Origin: Podarcis cretensis
Taxonomy: Eukaryota
Direction: 5' to 3'
Assembly (NCBI GenBank): GCA_951804945.1
Contig: OX638164.1
Coordinates: 6,262,001 to 6,326,000, forward strand
Length of the DNA stretch: 64,000 nt
Part shown: one piece after another, positions 23,973 through 35,222 of the stretch
Numbering within the stretch: position 1 is the stretch's first letter
How the letters are laid out: each line of letters begins with the position of its first letter
The notes under the pieces: model-generated
What the model was told of the DNA's origin: nothing
Database searches by the model: none
What the model saw: the letters and a program-made list of their open reading frames with translations, nothing else
Program-made: the position numbers and the translations under genes

Positions 23973-25484
23973 ATGTCGCAAAAGCAAAAAGAAGAATTTA
24001 TAAGTAATTTGAATGGAACTACCTTGCTGGAGATCTCCATTGGCTTACCCCTAGCGTCATTATGCCTCCTTTCCAGAGGGCTTCTGCTGATCTTTTATTT
24101 TCTCTGCTATGGAAAACCACTACAGTCAATGGTTGGCCATTTTCTTCTAGACTTCACCATCTTAGTTGTCCCGCCAGTGCTCTCTTGTACAATTTTGGCC
24201 CCTGTCCTACCTTGGGTAATGCTCTCCATCACCGTATTCTGTGTCAGCTTGGTTTTGATCATATACAGTCGGAGAACCAATTATGTGCGAGTGCCGCCTA
24301 AGCAAATCATAAGCGATTTCTTGAGGACAAGCTTGGAACCAGAGTACATTCCTTCGATAACGGTGTTCCGAGTCTTTGTCAATGTCTTGACATCCATCAG
24401 CATTCTGGCTGTAGATTTTCCACAGTACCCTCGGCGGTATGCAAAAACAGAGACCTATGGAACAGGGGTAATGGATTTTGGAGTGGGATCATTTGTTTTT
24501 GGGAACGCTGTGGTTTGTCCAGAAGTCCGACTGAAGCCTGGCATGGCACAACACAAAGTCTCTTATCTTGCCAGGCAGTTCTTTGCTGTGTGGCCTTTGC
24601 TGCTTCTTGGCTTTGGGCGGGTGATGAGCATCAAGGCCATTGACTATTACGAACATGTCTCGGAATACGGTGTGCACTGGAACTTTTTCTTCACTTTAGC
24701 TGTTGTACGGATGGCTGCGTCATTGCTTTTGGCTGTCTTCCCCGTGCGCAGAGCATGGTTAATTGCAGCAACGCTTGCTATAGTCTATGAAGGCTTCCTC
24801 AGCTTCACACCTTTGAAGATGTTCATCTTGCATGGGAGCGATGGCCAAGATTCACGGGATGGGTTTTTCAATGCCAACAGAGAGGGCATATTTTCTGTCA
24901 TCGGCTACCTAGCTGTTTACATGGCTAGCGTGCAAGTAGGCTTATATTTGTTAAACAAGAGGAGCTTGGTGAAAGATTGGCTTGGCGTGATCAGTTCTTT
25001 CCTGATTGCAGTTTTCCTCCTCTTTATCTGCCTTCATGTAACGCAAACTCACATAGACACTGTATCCCGACGGATGGCAAACCTCTCCTTTTGCGTGTGG
25101 GTCATTGCTCACGGCCTGTTACTCTTTAGTTGCTTTTTGGTGGCTGATCTTGTGCTGGTGTTTGGAAAGTTTCTGGTGGCTGGGGCTAGCATTCCTTGCA
25201 GCTGGAATTTCATGCAGGCAGCAGCGGCGAGTAAAAAACACGACCCAGAGCCCCAGGATAGGAAAACGGTGCCTCGGAGTGTGTGCATGATCAGCGCTGT
25301 GAATAAGAATCAGCTCCTGTATTTCTTACTAGCGAATGTCTTGACTGGCTTCGTGAATATGGTGGTTGACACGATTCACAGCGATGCATTCTGGGCTATG
25401 TTTGTCCTGCATCTATATATGTTTACAAACTGTTTGGTTATGTATCTATTGCAAGCAAGAAATATAATCTTAAAGTGGTGGTAA
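23973..25484 (+). CDS. PIGW: Phosphatidylinositol-glycan biosynthesis class W protein (GPI inositol acyltransferase, GWT1 family), 503 aa, single coding exon
   Basis: Long hydrophobic ORF starting MSQKQKEEFISNLNGTT. GWT1 motifs ILAVDF..PRRYAKTETYGTGVMDFGVG, EYGVHWNFFFTL, NREG and SRRMANL. Acceptor tttttttttAG at 23951, just before the ATG. Confidence 0.98.
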   Translation: MSQKQKEEFISNLNGTTLLEISIGLPLASLCLLSRGLLLIFYFLCYGKPLQSMVGHFLLDFTILVVPPVLSCTILAPVLPWVMLSITVFCVSLVLIIYSRRTNYVRVPPKQIISDFLRTSLEPEYIPSITVFRVFVNVLTSISILAVDFPQYPRRYAKTETYGTGVMDFGVGSFVFGNAVVCPEVRLKPGMAQHKVSYLARQFFAVWPLLLLGFGRVMSIKAIDYYEHVSEYGVHWNFFFTLAVVRMAASLLLAVFPVRRAWLIAATLAIVYEGFLSFTPLKMFILHGSDGQDSRDGFFNANREGIFSVIGYLAVYMASVQVGLYLLNKRSLVKDWLGVISSFLIAVFLLFICLHVTQTHIDTVSRRMANLSFCVWVIAHGLLLFSCFLVADLVLVFGKFLVAGASIPCSWNFMQAAAASKKHDPEPQDRKTVPRSVCMISAVNKNQLLYFLLANVLTGFVNMVVDTIHSDAFWAMFVLHLYMFTNCLVMYLLQARNIILKWW

Positions 25485-28400
25485 TTTTATAAATATATAT
25501 AAAGTTGTAACCAAAAAGAATAGGGTTTGCCTGCTGGGATTGCACTGGTTTTTATAAGACTTTTGCTTGCATGCTGGTATACTGGATTATCTAAAGGAAG
25601 GAATGTGGACTATAGTTGTTTTAAACTCATGGTCACTTTCATCAAATGAACTGTAATACATTTCCATATGTCTGTAGCATCAGGACCAAAGCTCAAGCTG
25701 CAGCCAGAGCCAATGGCAGGCAGAGCTACCTCATTCTTGTTTTGTCCTCCTCCTTCCTACTGTGTTCTATAAGGGGCAACAATGAGACTAAGGAGAGGCA
25801 GAACGCTTACAGCCAGGGCCATCCCCTGGGCTAGTTGTAAGAAGGAAGGCAGGGCAGGTGGGGGCTGTTTGAGGGAAAACTGAGGTTGGTCACTTTTACA
25901 GACCAGACATTAAGCTTATTTGTCCCTTTGTCACATTGGGATTCCTGTGCAGGGTACCCTTCTCTCCTGCAGTGGGTCTGCACACACTGAATGTCTAACA
26001 TGCTAAGAAGTGGTACTGAGGCAGAGGGCACTTTGTGCTTGACGAAGGTTTACAGCATGTGAATGGATCCCTCCAGACTGGTATTTTTGCAGATGTATTC
26101 TGCAACATGTCTTTGACACAATAATAGTGCTTTAATGGTGGATTTATACTGGACTGTCCAGACATCATTCCGCTTTGTTAGTTGTTCTGAGATGCTTCCC
26201 CAATCAATGTTGCTGTGTTATTGCCACCTGGAGGGGCACTATTTTGCAATAAAATCAGAACTACCCCCCCCCCCAATATTTGTGGCATTAAAAGTAGCAA
26301 TCTTTCAGCAGGAAGCTATGGGGACATGCACCAATTGGAAATAAAGCAGTATGTCTGCCATTTAAGTGCAAAAAGAATTGAAAGTGAGATCATGTAGAAC
26401 TGCTCCAATAACATAATGACCACAAATCAGGAATGCAATTCATAAATGCATGATAAAAGGGTGCCTAGATGGGCTATGTCCTTCCACACAGCTGCATTCA
26501 CCTATTTTAATTTAAAATGTGTTTGTGTTCAGATGCAATGGGCAATCCAATCAAATACATTTTCCAAAAAACCTAAAACTTACAATGAGGAGTGTCGGAA
26601 TCATTTCTCATAAAAAAGACAAATGAATTTAACTGGAGGCTGTGTGTGAGAGAGAACTGAAAGAGCTCAAAATAATCGGAGGTGTATGTTGGATTGAGTC
26701 AACACAAAGGTGATTATAATTTGCAAATAAAATGCATCAAAGCCTCCAAGCAAATAAAATATATTTAAGATGATATTGTAATGTGTGACATTTGAATTAT
26801 ACTACTTGTTCACAAGAAGCTGTTTCCCTGAGCCTTCAAGAAATACTGAATGACCTAACAAAGAAAAGGAGGAATATTTGATTCAGTTCACATTTAAAGG
26901 CAAACCTACCTAATTCACATGTTCCAAAATACACAAAGCAAAACACAGCGATCTTTTGAAATTTGCACTTCTCTGAATTTTGCAATGCAGTTCTCCAGCA
27001 AAGTAATCTGTAGAAAAGGAAATATATTGGGGTCAAGTGTGTCTAAAAATGCATGTATGAAGATAGAATAGAAAAATGCATTATATTAGGGAAAGCTACT
27101 TTGCAAAAAGCACAAGAGGCAAAATTGCATACAATATTTTTATAGTCTAGAGGAATTTTAATTAAAAGCCTGATATTTCATGAGGCTTAAAAATAATCAC
27201 AAACTGATGTGGAGAGTTGAACTTAAATTTGGAAAACTGAAAGAAACCAAACTTGACAGATTTATCCATTGATAACAAAGAATTGGACACCCTTTGAAAT
27301 ATTGGATGTCATCCATCACAGGCCAGTACATCAAGGTATCATTCCCAGCCTGGTGCAAAAGAATTGAAGGCTGCCATGTTGATTCTATTTTAGGATTCTG
27401 GGAACTACCCATTTGCCATCATAAACTGGATTAGAGTTTGCCATTGGCTAGAGGGAAACAATTTTCAGCCAGTAAATCTGGCATGCAAATAAATGGCAAG
27501 TTAAAACTTACTGGCTCTCATTTCTGATGTCACAGGCTCAACAATAAGCAATTCACAGTGGAACCCTCACCAGCAACAATAATTATGGGATAGACAGTCA
27601 TTTTCCATTGCAATAAAAAGTAAGCCATTCTATGCTGAATGAGTGACAATTAACTGGCTTTATTGTCCATAATTAAACACATAACTGTTCCTGGCCAGGG
27701 GAGATAGTGGCCATAAACTTGATAGTACACTGTATGTTTGTGAGGTACAGTATGTAGTTCTTCTCTAATCCCTTTTTTGAAGCAATTCTTACCAATTTTG
27801 TGAGCAAATCACTGCACATAGGAAGCTGCCATATGAAGAGTCAAACCATTGGTCCATCTATCTCAATATTGTCTACATTGACTGGCAGCAGCTTTCCAGG
27901 GCTTCAGGCAGCAGTCTCTGCCTGCCCTACCTGGAGATATTGAGGACTGAACCTGAAGCCTGTATTAAAAGCAGAAACACCCTACTGCTCTTCCCTGAAA
28001 AAAATGGAGACTGGAGTCCTCAATGGTTCTGAATGAAGGGCTGATTTGATACAGGAAGCTGCCACATGCAGACTTAGACACATTGGCCCATCTAGCTCAG
28101 TGCTGATTACACTGACTAGCAGCTGCTCTTCAGGGTTTCTGACAGGACCTGGAGATACTGGGGACTGAACCAGAGACCGTCTGCATGCAAAGCAGGTGCT
28201 CTGCCACTGAGCTATTAGCGCACAATAGCTCTGAGTGTTCGTTAGATTTTTGGATTGTGTATGCTCTGTCACTGTAATCTTATGGATGGTGATTCCCAGG
28301 CAATTATGGGATTGCAACCTAAGCCACTTATGAAGCTCTTGCCTGTCCATCAAATGGTTGCCTAAATGAAGAGGGTGACTTGCTGGCACATACTGGTAGT

Positions 28401-28511
28401 TCCTGTTGTAGTGGCAAAATTCCTAAGCAGAATGTGTAAGAAGTTGTACGTTGAGATCCACATATGGGCAACGGCTCACATATGGGCCAGATGAGCTGTC
28501 AAATGTGGCAG

Positions 28512-29216
28512 TGTTGTAAACAAAAATCTGCCCTTTTCCCTTATGGGGTATCCAAGAGCCCATATAGAGTCCTTACATAGGTTCTCTATTGGTAGGAGAC
28601 AATAACAGAGGCCAACCAGAGAATATTGACAAGCAAAGCAGCTAGTAAGCTTGATCTTTATTGATCTGTTACAACAGGGTGCTCCCCTCATCTGCAGGAG
28701 AGGAGGAGAGACCCAAAAAAATGGCGTGCAAGGCCTTATAAAGACTTTTGAAATTCCCATCCTGTAGATCAAGACCACCCCCAGAAACATCATGCATACA
28801 TCACAGAAGGGGTGTAACCTAAGACCACCCCTCAGATACATCACACCTACATCACAGAAAAGGCGGTCTTAAAACAAAAATTTGAATATTCTTTTTCTCC
28901 TGTCCTTGTTTATCTCCTGTCTGGCAGGTTACTTGACTGGATTTCCTGGGGAGCCTGGCCAGTCCTTTGTAACAATAAATACTTAGTTCCTGGGCCATGT
29001 CACAGGCTCACACCGTATTCATATCTTAAATGTGCCCTTAAGACAGGATTTGTGAGGAAACAGACAATGGGGAGGCTTTTCCACTTTGACCTTGCAGAGA
29101 AAACATTTGCTCAGTTTAGGAATCAAAATGGCTTCAGGTCAGCCTTCCTGTGCTGATCTATGTACGTGCGGTTATGAACATTACCATATATCTAAGACCT
29201 CCAAATTCCTATCACA
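28512..29216 (-). mobile_element. Solo LTR, copy 1
   Basis: TGT...ACA termini, 4-bp TSD GCAG, TATAA and AATAAA on the minus strand; homologous to 29852-30475. Confidence 0.85.
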
Positions 29217-29378
29217 GCAGGAATCTATGAGCCAATGGCCAGGTAAATGCAGCAATGTGCAGGACAATCCAGTTCATGTAGATCCTGTGCCTTACTGTGG
29301 TATTTCAGAGGTGGGGACATTCCCATACCTACCTGGGGATTGAACCTGGGACATTTTGCATGCAGAGCAGATGCTGTA

Positions 29379-29605
29379 CAGTGGTACCTTACATACGCTT
29401 CAGGTTACAGACTCCGCTAACCCAGAAATATTACCTTGGGTTAAGAACTTTGCTTTAGGATGAGAACAGAAATCGTGCTCTGGAGGTGCAGCGGCAGCGG
29501 CAGCAGGAAGCCCCATTAGCTAAAGTGGTGCTTCAGGGTAAGAACAGTTTCAGGTTAAGAATGGACCTCCGGAACGAATTAAGTACTTAACCCAAGGTAC
29601 CACTG
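29379..29605. mobile_element. Tigger/pogo-like MITE nested in a tRNA-derived SINE
   Basis: TIRs CAGTGGTACCTT / AAGGTACCACTG with TA TSD; interrupts the SINE motif GCAGATGCTG[TA]CCGCTGAGCT. Confidence 0.85.
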
Positions 29606-29851
29606 TACCGCTGAGCTGCTACGAAACTTTCTCAGGACACTGGGGGGCCCTCGTTGAATGTCCCGTTGGCATCTTTGGCGCTGCTGTCCACGTACTCTGT
29701 GGAAGGCAGAGATTATCTGGTTAGTTGACATGATTGCTCTTTAAACACCCCTCTTTCTCTCATGCGAGCCTGATCAGCTCCTTAGTGTTCTCTGCTTCCC
29801 ATGCACAAAAGCTTATTACGCTACAGGTTTTGAAAGAGAAAAAGTTTCACT

Positions 29852-30475
29852 TGTGATAGGAATTTTATAGATCAGCACACGAAAGCCAACCTGGAACCAG
29901 TTTGATTCCTAAACTGAGCAAATGTTTCTCTGCATGGTCAAAATGGAAAAGCCTCCCCATTGTCTCTTCCTTCACAAATCCTGTCTTAATCTGTGTTTGA
30001 GCCTGTGACCTGGCCCAGGAAATAAGTATTTTACCACTACAAAAGAATGGCCAGGCTCCCCAGGCAATCCAATCAAGTAACGTGCCAGACAGGAGATAAA
30101 CTGACAGGTGAAAAACAACATTTTAATTTCTGTGATGTAGGTGGGATGTATCTGAGGGGTGGTCTTAGGTTACACCCCTTCTGGGATGAATGTATAATGT
30201 TTCTGGGGGTGGTCTTGATCTACAGGATGGGAATTTCAAAAGTCTTTATAAGCCCTTGCACAGCAATTTTGGGGTTCCTCCTCCTCTCCTGTGTGTGAGG
30301 GGAGTACCCTGTTGCAACAGATCAATAAAGATCAAGCTTACTAGCTGCTTTGCTTCTCAATATTCTCTGGTTGGCCTCTGTTATTGTCTCCTACCAATAG
30401 GGAACCTATGTAAGGACTCTATATGGGCTCTTGGATACCCCATAAGGGAAAAGGGCATATTTTTTATTTACAACA
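29852..30475 (+). mobile_element. Solo LTR, copy 2 (same family, opposite orientation)
   Basis: TGT...ACA termini, 4-bp TSD CACT, TATAA 30247-30251, AATAAA 30324-30329. Confidence 0.85.
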
Positions 30476-31449
30476 CACTCCTTTTTAAATGCTGGGAAAT
30501 CCAACCAGATGGGCGGGGCATAAATATTATTATTATTATTATTATTACCACAAGACTATTATTCCGCCACCCTTTACTTTGAGGTCTGTGAGTTGCAGGC
30601 ACCAAGTACGGCATAGTCAATGGTCAGGGATGATTGGTGTTGTAGTCCACCACCTGGAGGGCCATGGATTCCCCATTCCTAATTTATGTTGTGGGGCTTC
30701 AAAGCATTTTGCCCTCACAACATCCTCGCAAGGGAGGCTAGGCTGAGAGCTGCAGCCGCCCAGAGAGCTTTGTCGGCCGAGCAGGGATTTGCACCATTTT
30801 CGTTTCCACAACCCTGTAATCCAATGGAGACTGGCCTAATGGGTTCCCCAGTGAGCTTTGGGGCCGGGTTCCATCGTCACAGCCTTGCAAGGCGGGCTGG
30901 TCTGAGAGCGGCTGGCTCAAGGCCACCATCAGCCAAAGAGCTTCCTGCTGCCGAGTTCGACTTCAAACCATTTTTGTCCTCTCGCACAACCCTGCGCAAT
31001 AGGCCAGCCTGAGAGATTGTGAGTGGCAACACCACTCACCCCATGAGCTTAAGGCCGAACCATTTTGGCCTCCCAAAAACCCTGTGAAACAGTCTTAGCT
31101 GATTCATCGTCCTCAGGGTGGCCATTTGAACCCAGGTCTTCCTAGTCCCCACACTATTATTATTATTATTATTTCTCCCTCCACCAGGTCTTCCTTGTCC
31201 CCACACTATTATTATTATTATTTCTCCACGGTGGTGTACATGGTTCTCCCCTCCACCATTGTTTCCTCTCACAACAACCCGGCCAGGTAGGTGAGGCTGA
31301 GGGGACAGTGGTTGGCCTGAGAAGTCAGACTAAAACCATGACAGAAACCTTTACTGCATTGGGTTTTGAGAGGGAGTTTTTTATTGACTGTCTTCTGTGG
31401 AGTGGAAAAAGCAGGAACTGGGCCCTCGTCACGTTTGGAGGTTTGGGGG

Positions 31450-32330
31450 GCGAACTGAGGGCAAAATGGCTCTCCTTTTCCCCGCGCGCGAACTATTTCG
31501 CCAGGCGGAGGGAGCCGTTTATTGATCACGTGGTCCTTCACCTCCTTCTCCCCGCGTTCTCAGCGGAGGCTATTTGTGACAAGCGAAGGAGGAGGAAGAG
31601 GGATGGGCTTCTTGATATAGATCTATGTTTTCTCCCTCCTCCCCCTCCCTCTCTCTCTCATAACGCCTTTCTTTCTACTCGCGCATGCGCGAGAAGCCGC
31701 CAGACGGATCCTCCCCTGTTTCTCTTTCTCTAGGGGTGAGGGAAGCGCGCCCTCACCTCAAGCTGCGTGCCGAGGAGCGCGAGGCGGAGGAAGGATTTAA
31801 AATACGGGGTGGGGAGAGAGGAAAGGGGCGGAGCGTACATAATAAAACGCCGAGAGAGAGCCATGGTGGGCGGAGCCAAAGGGCGAGCGAAACGGCCGTG
31901 CGCTGAAGTAGGAAGGGGAGGAGGAGGAGCTCGGCCAAGCAGTTAATCTGAGAGGAAGGTGGTGGCGGAAGGGGGAAGTGGGCGGGGTTGAGGAGATGAA
32001 GGGTGGGGTGGGGAGTGGGCGGGGTTAGGGAGTGAGGGGGCGGGGCAGGCCAAGCGGTTGGTTGGGGGCGGCGGGTGGGGAAGGAAGGGAGGGCTGGCCG
32101 GCCTTTTTCCCTGCCTCTCGCGAGAGGAGGAGGAGCTAAAGCCGGACGAGGAGGCCCGAGGTCTGCTGTAGCAGCGCTCCTGAAAGGGGTGGGCGAAGGA
32201 AGGGAAGAGAGACCGGCCAAAAAACTGCCCGTCCCTTTTGAGGTTTGTGCGCACATGCCAGTCCCGGCTGCGACAGGGGCAGCAGAGCCTCAGCCAATAG
32301 CAAAAGTGGGCTGGGGGTGGGAGGCATGGT
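31450..32330 (+). promoter_or_regulatory. GGNBP2: GGNBP2 CpG-island promoter and probable exon 1 (donor ATG/GTAAAT after 32328)
   Basis: CpG-rich. E-box CACGTG 31527-31532, NRF1 palindrome GCGCATGCGC 31681-31690, TCTCGCGAGA (BANP/ZBTB33-type) 32116-32125, several GC boxes and CCAAT ~32294. Confidence 0.75.
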
Positions 32331-32664
32331 AAATTTGCATATAGGTGTGGAGCCCGTCAAGGAAATTTGGAGAGGGGGCATTTGATTTTTTCTCTCCCTT
32401 ACACCTTAGTTAGCCCCCTCCTCATTTATTCCCTTCTTAGAAGGATTAATTCTTCCTGTAGATTTATTTCCTTTCTACTCCCCCCCCTCCAAAGGTTCTC
32501 CAGAATCTCTTTTAGGGGTTAAGCCTTGAGATCGTGAAGGATAGACCTTGAGCGGGCTTTTTTTCTTGTTGCTTTAATTATTTCCTTCTAACGTCTTCAG
32601 GGTGCATGGCGGTTTCCAAGCTGCAGAGCAACAGGTCCTTGCCCCGAGGTGTTTGCATTTGGAA

Positions 32665-32670
32665 ATATAC

Positions 32671-32702
<32 letters not shown>
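32665..32702. repeat. (TA)n microsatellite
   Basis: Direct reading. Confidence 0.9.
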
Positions 32703-32706
<4 letters not shown>

Positions 32707-35129
32707 ATCAGAGGGAGTGGGTGAAAGTGGCTTTAAGGAGGTTGAAGGGGCTGAAGCAGAAAAGCAAAAAAGGGAGTTGGCTGATAGGATGAACCCCACT
32801 CTTTCTCCCTTATTAAGGAAAGTCTCCCCCGCAGTTGGTTTGACGGGATGAGGGTGAAGATAAGGAGGATTAATTCAAATGTGATAGTGGGAAGGAGACG
32901 TCGTTTTAAAATTTGGCGTGTTGGATGGGTGCATAGATGTGCATACATCTATATGTGCATGAAGCTTGTGGATAACTGTAGAATGGCAGCAGTTCTGCCC
33001 CACCCCAAAGAACACCCATCTTTTTCTGATTCCGCCTTTTTTTTTACATGCCTGCATTGGTTGGTATCACAGAAATGCCTGTGCAAGCTTGAGTGGGAGC
33101 TTCAGTCAATCCTGGTGCCTTGATTAACATATCTGTATGTGGCATTTGCATAGCACAGGTTTTCATTAGGTGTTGGTTTGAACCCTCTTGATTGTAGATT
33201 TTAATTGTAGGTTTTAAAATACTGTGTGTGACAAGGGCTTGACTGTGTACCTGAGGCAGGCTATTTATTTGTAAAGAGGAATTATTCCTTGCATTGGGTG
33301 AGCAGTTTAAAGGTGCATATTTCATAGCTAGGGAGGGTGAGAGGGACTGGGAGAGACCCACACCCCTCACTGGAAACTCACTGTTAGCTTAGTGTACAGT
33401 TCTGGGCTAGATGGGCCCTCAGTCTGACTCGGTATAAGGCAGCTTTTTGTATTGTGGCAGTCCTGGTGACAGTATTTCACTGTATCATTTTTGAAGGTGG
33501 CATAGAGCTAAGGAGCATATGCATTCTTGGGGTTGTATCTAAAGCTAGTCCTACTCAGAGTAGACCCATCACAGATAACTAACAGATACAGAACTAACTA
33601 GGGTTTGTTAATTTAAATGGGTCTTACTCAGAGTAAAACTGAGTTTTATGCAACCCTTGGTCTTGAGGTAGTATGTCTCTAAATCAGTGTTTCTCAAACT
33701 TGGGTTCCCAGCTGTTGTTGGACTACAACTCCCATCATCCCTGGCCAGTGGTCATACAAATCCTCAAATTACGGTATTTGAGGTTTTTTCCTGTGTTCTC
33801 CTTTGACTCAGTGAATTTGGGCTGATGGAAGAGATCTCTGCTCCCTTGCTAGGAGCCATAAGCATCGCAGGAAATAAGTTTTAGGAACAACCTTGCAAAC
33901 GAAGGCTGAACTGTTCTTTGATAAACTTCCTCTTTGTACCTGGTGTGTCCACTGCTCTGGCTTTTAACAGGCAAGCCTTTTGGAAGGTGCCATTCTCTGT
34001 GTTGCCTTTCAGCCCTTTGTTATTTACTACTGTTACTAAGGGTGATCTGCATTGTGGAAGAGCATCAGGGAGCCTGCAAGCTCCCTCTTTCCTAGTCAAG
34101 CCAGTGATAAAATGAAGGTTACTGAAATAATGGGTGCCTGTCTTCTTGTGCTGGGACCTTTGTGGAAGAAGGGCATCTCTTGCCCACTACAAAAATAAAG
34201 CCTCACAATGCTATTGCTAAAGATTTAAGGTTTAATAGACGTGACTAACTTGGTTCTGTTAATTTAAATAGCTTTATTTTGTTGGATTCAACATAGATTT
34301 ATTTATTTCAGCTATTTATATACTGCTTAATCCTCAGAGCATCTTGAGGGGTATGCAGTGATTTTACAGAAATATACATTCTCTCTCTCTGTGTGTATAA
34401 TATAATAATATTTTTATTGATCAATTGTACATACTGCATTTTTGCTGTATATTTCTTTTGTAATAACATTAACACTGTTCACTGCTTTGTAGACTTTTCT
34501 AATGCAAGCCCTACTCGGCTTTGAGCCATTGAAAATAATGGACAATGCTAACTTGGGTTGATTAATTTCAGTGGGTGTGCTCTTGAGTAAAAAGTGGCTG
34601 GATACAACCCTATCATAAACAAACTATGCCATACCAAAATTAATAAAAACAGGAGATGGGAGTAAATACTTCTACTCTTTCTCTGACCTACACTTTGATG
34701 TTTTTGTCCCCCAGTGACCCCCCCCCCTCGCAAACTCCAATATCCCACTTTTGGTTTCCTTTTCTGGCTTAGAAGTATTAATGAGCTCTTAGATTTTCCA
34801 GAAATTCCTAGAACTGACAGTTCACTAGCTGTAAGGATAGAAAGCAGAAGCCCTTTTTTGGGGGGGGGGTTGAAATCCAGGGTAAAACTCTGTCAAGTGT
34901 CCTCTTCTTCCTTCCCCCGCCCCAAGAGGCCTTTGCTTTTTTATTGGGGGCACTCTCCTTCAGAGGATCTCCCCATGCCGAATCATCCAATGCGGCAAGG
35001 CAGGCTGAGTTTCCCTCTTGTGGTGAAAGTGCGGTGGCGAAACCAGAGCTTGCATTTACTTGCCTGGGGTTTGGCTGTTTTCAGGCTAGGAGCTGGGAGG
35101 AAGAAGCAAGAGTAGCGGCGTCGGCAGAG

Positions 35130-35222
35130 ATGGCGCGGCTGGTGGCAGTTTGCAGGGACGGCGAGGAAGAATTCCCCTTCGAGAGGCGACAGATCCCCCT
35201 CTACATCGATGACACCCTGACG
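35130..35222 (+). CDS. GGNBP2: GGNBP2 exon 2 coding part (exon starts 35085)
   Basis: ATG at 35130; donor ACG/GTAAGC; 93 nt. Confidence 0.95.

Noticed and set aside
28476-30582. Near-identical peptides (YLRGGLRLHPF..., RSIKIKLTSCFA...) on opposite strands, suggesting a duplicated gene
   Set aside because: They are translations of two LTR copies, and the frame is not preserved between copies
31136-31226. Short direct duplication GGTCTTCCT.GTCCCCACACTATTATT...TTCTCC; similar short duplications at ~39291-39321 and ~47915-47961
   Set aside because: Two-unit slippage-type duplications in repeats; not CRISPR-like, as there is no repeat-spacer array and the DNA is eukaryotic
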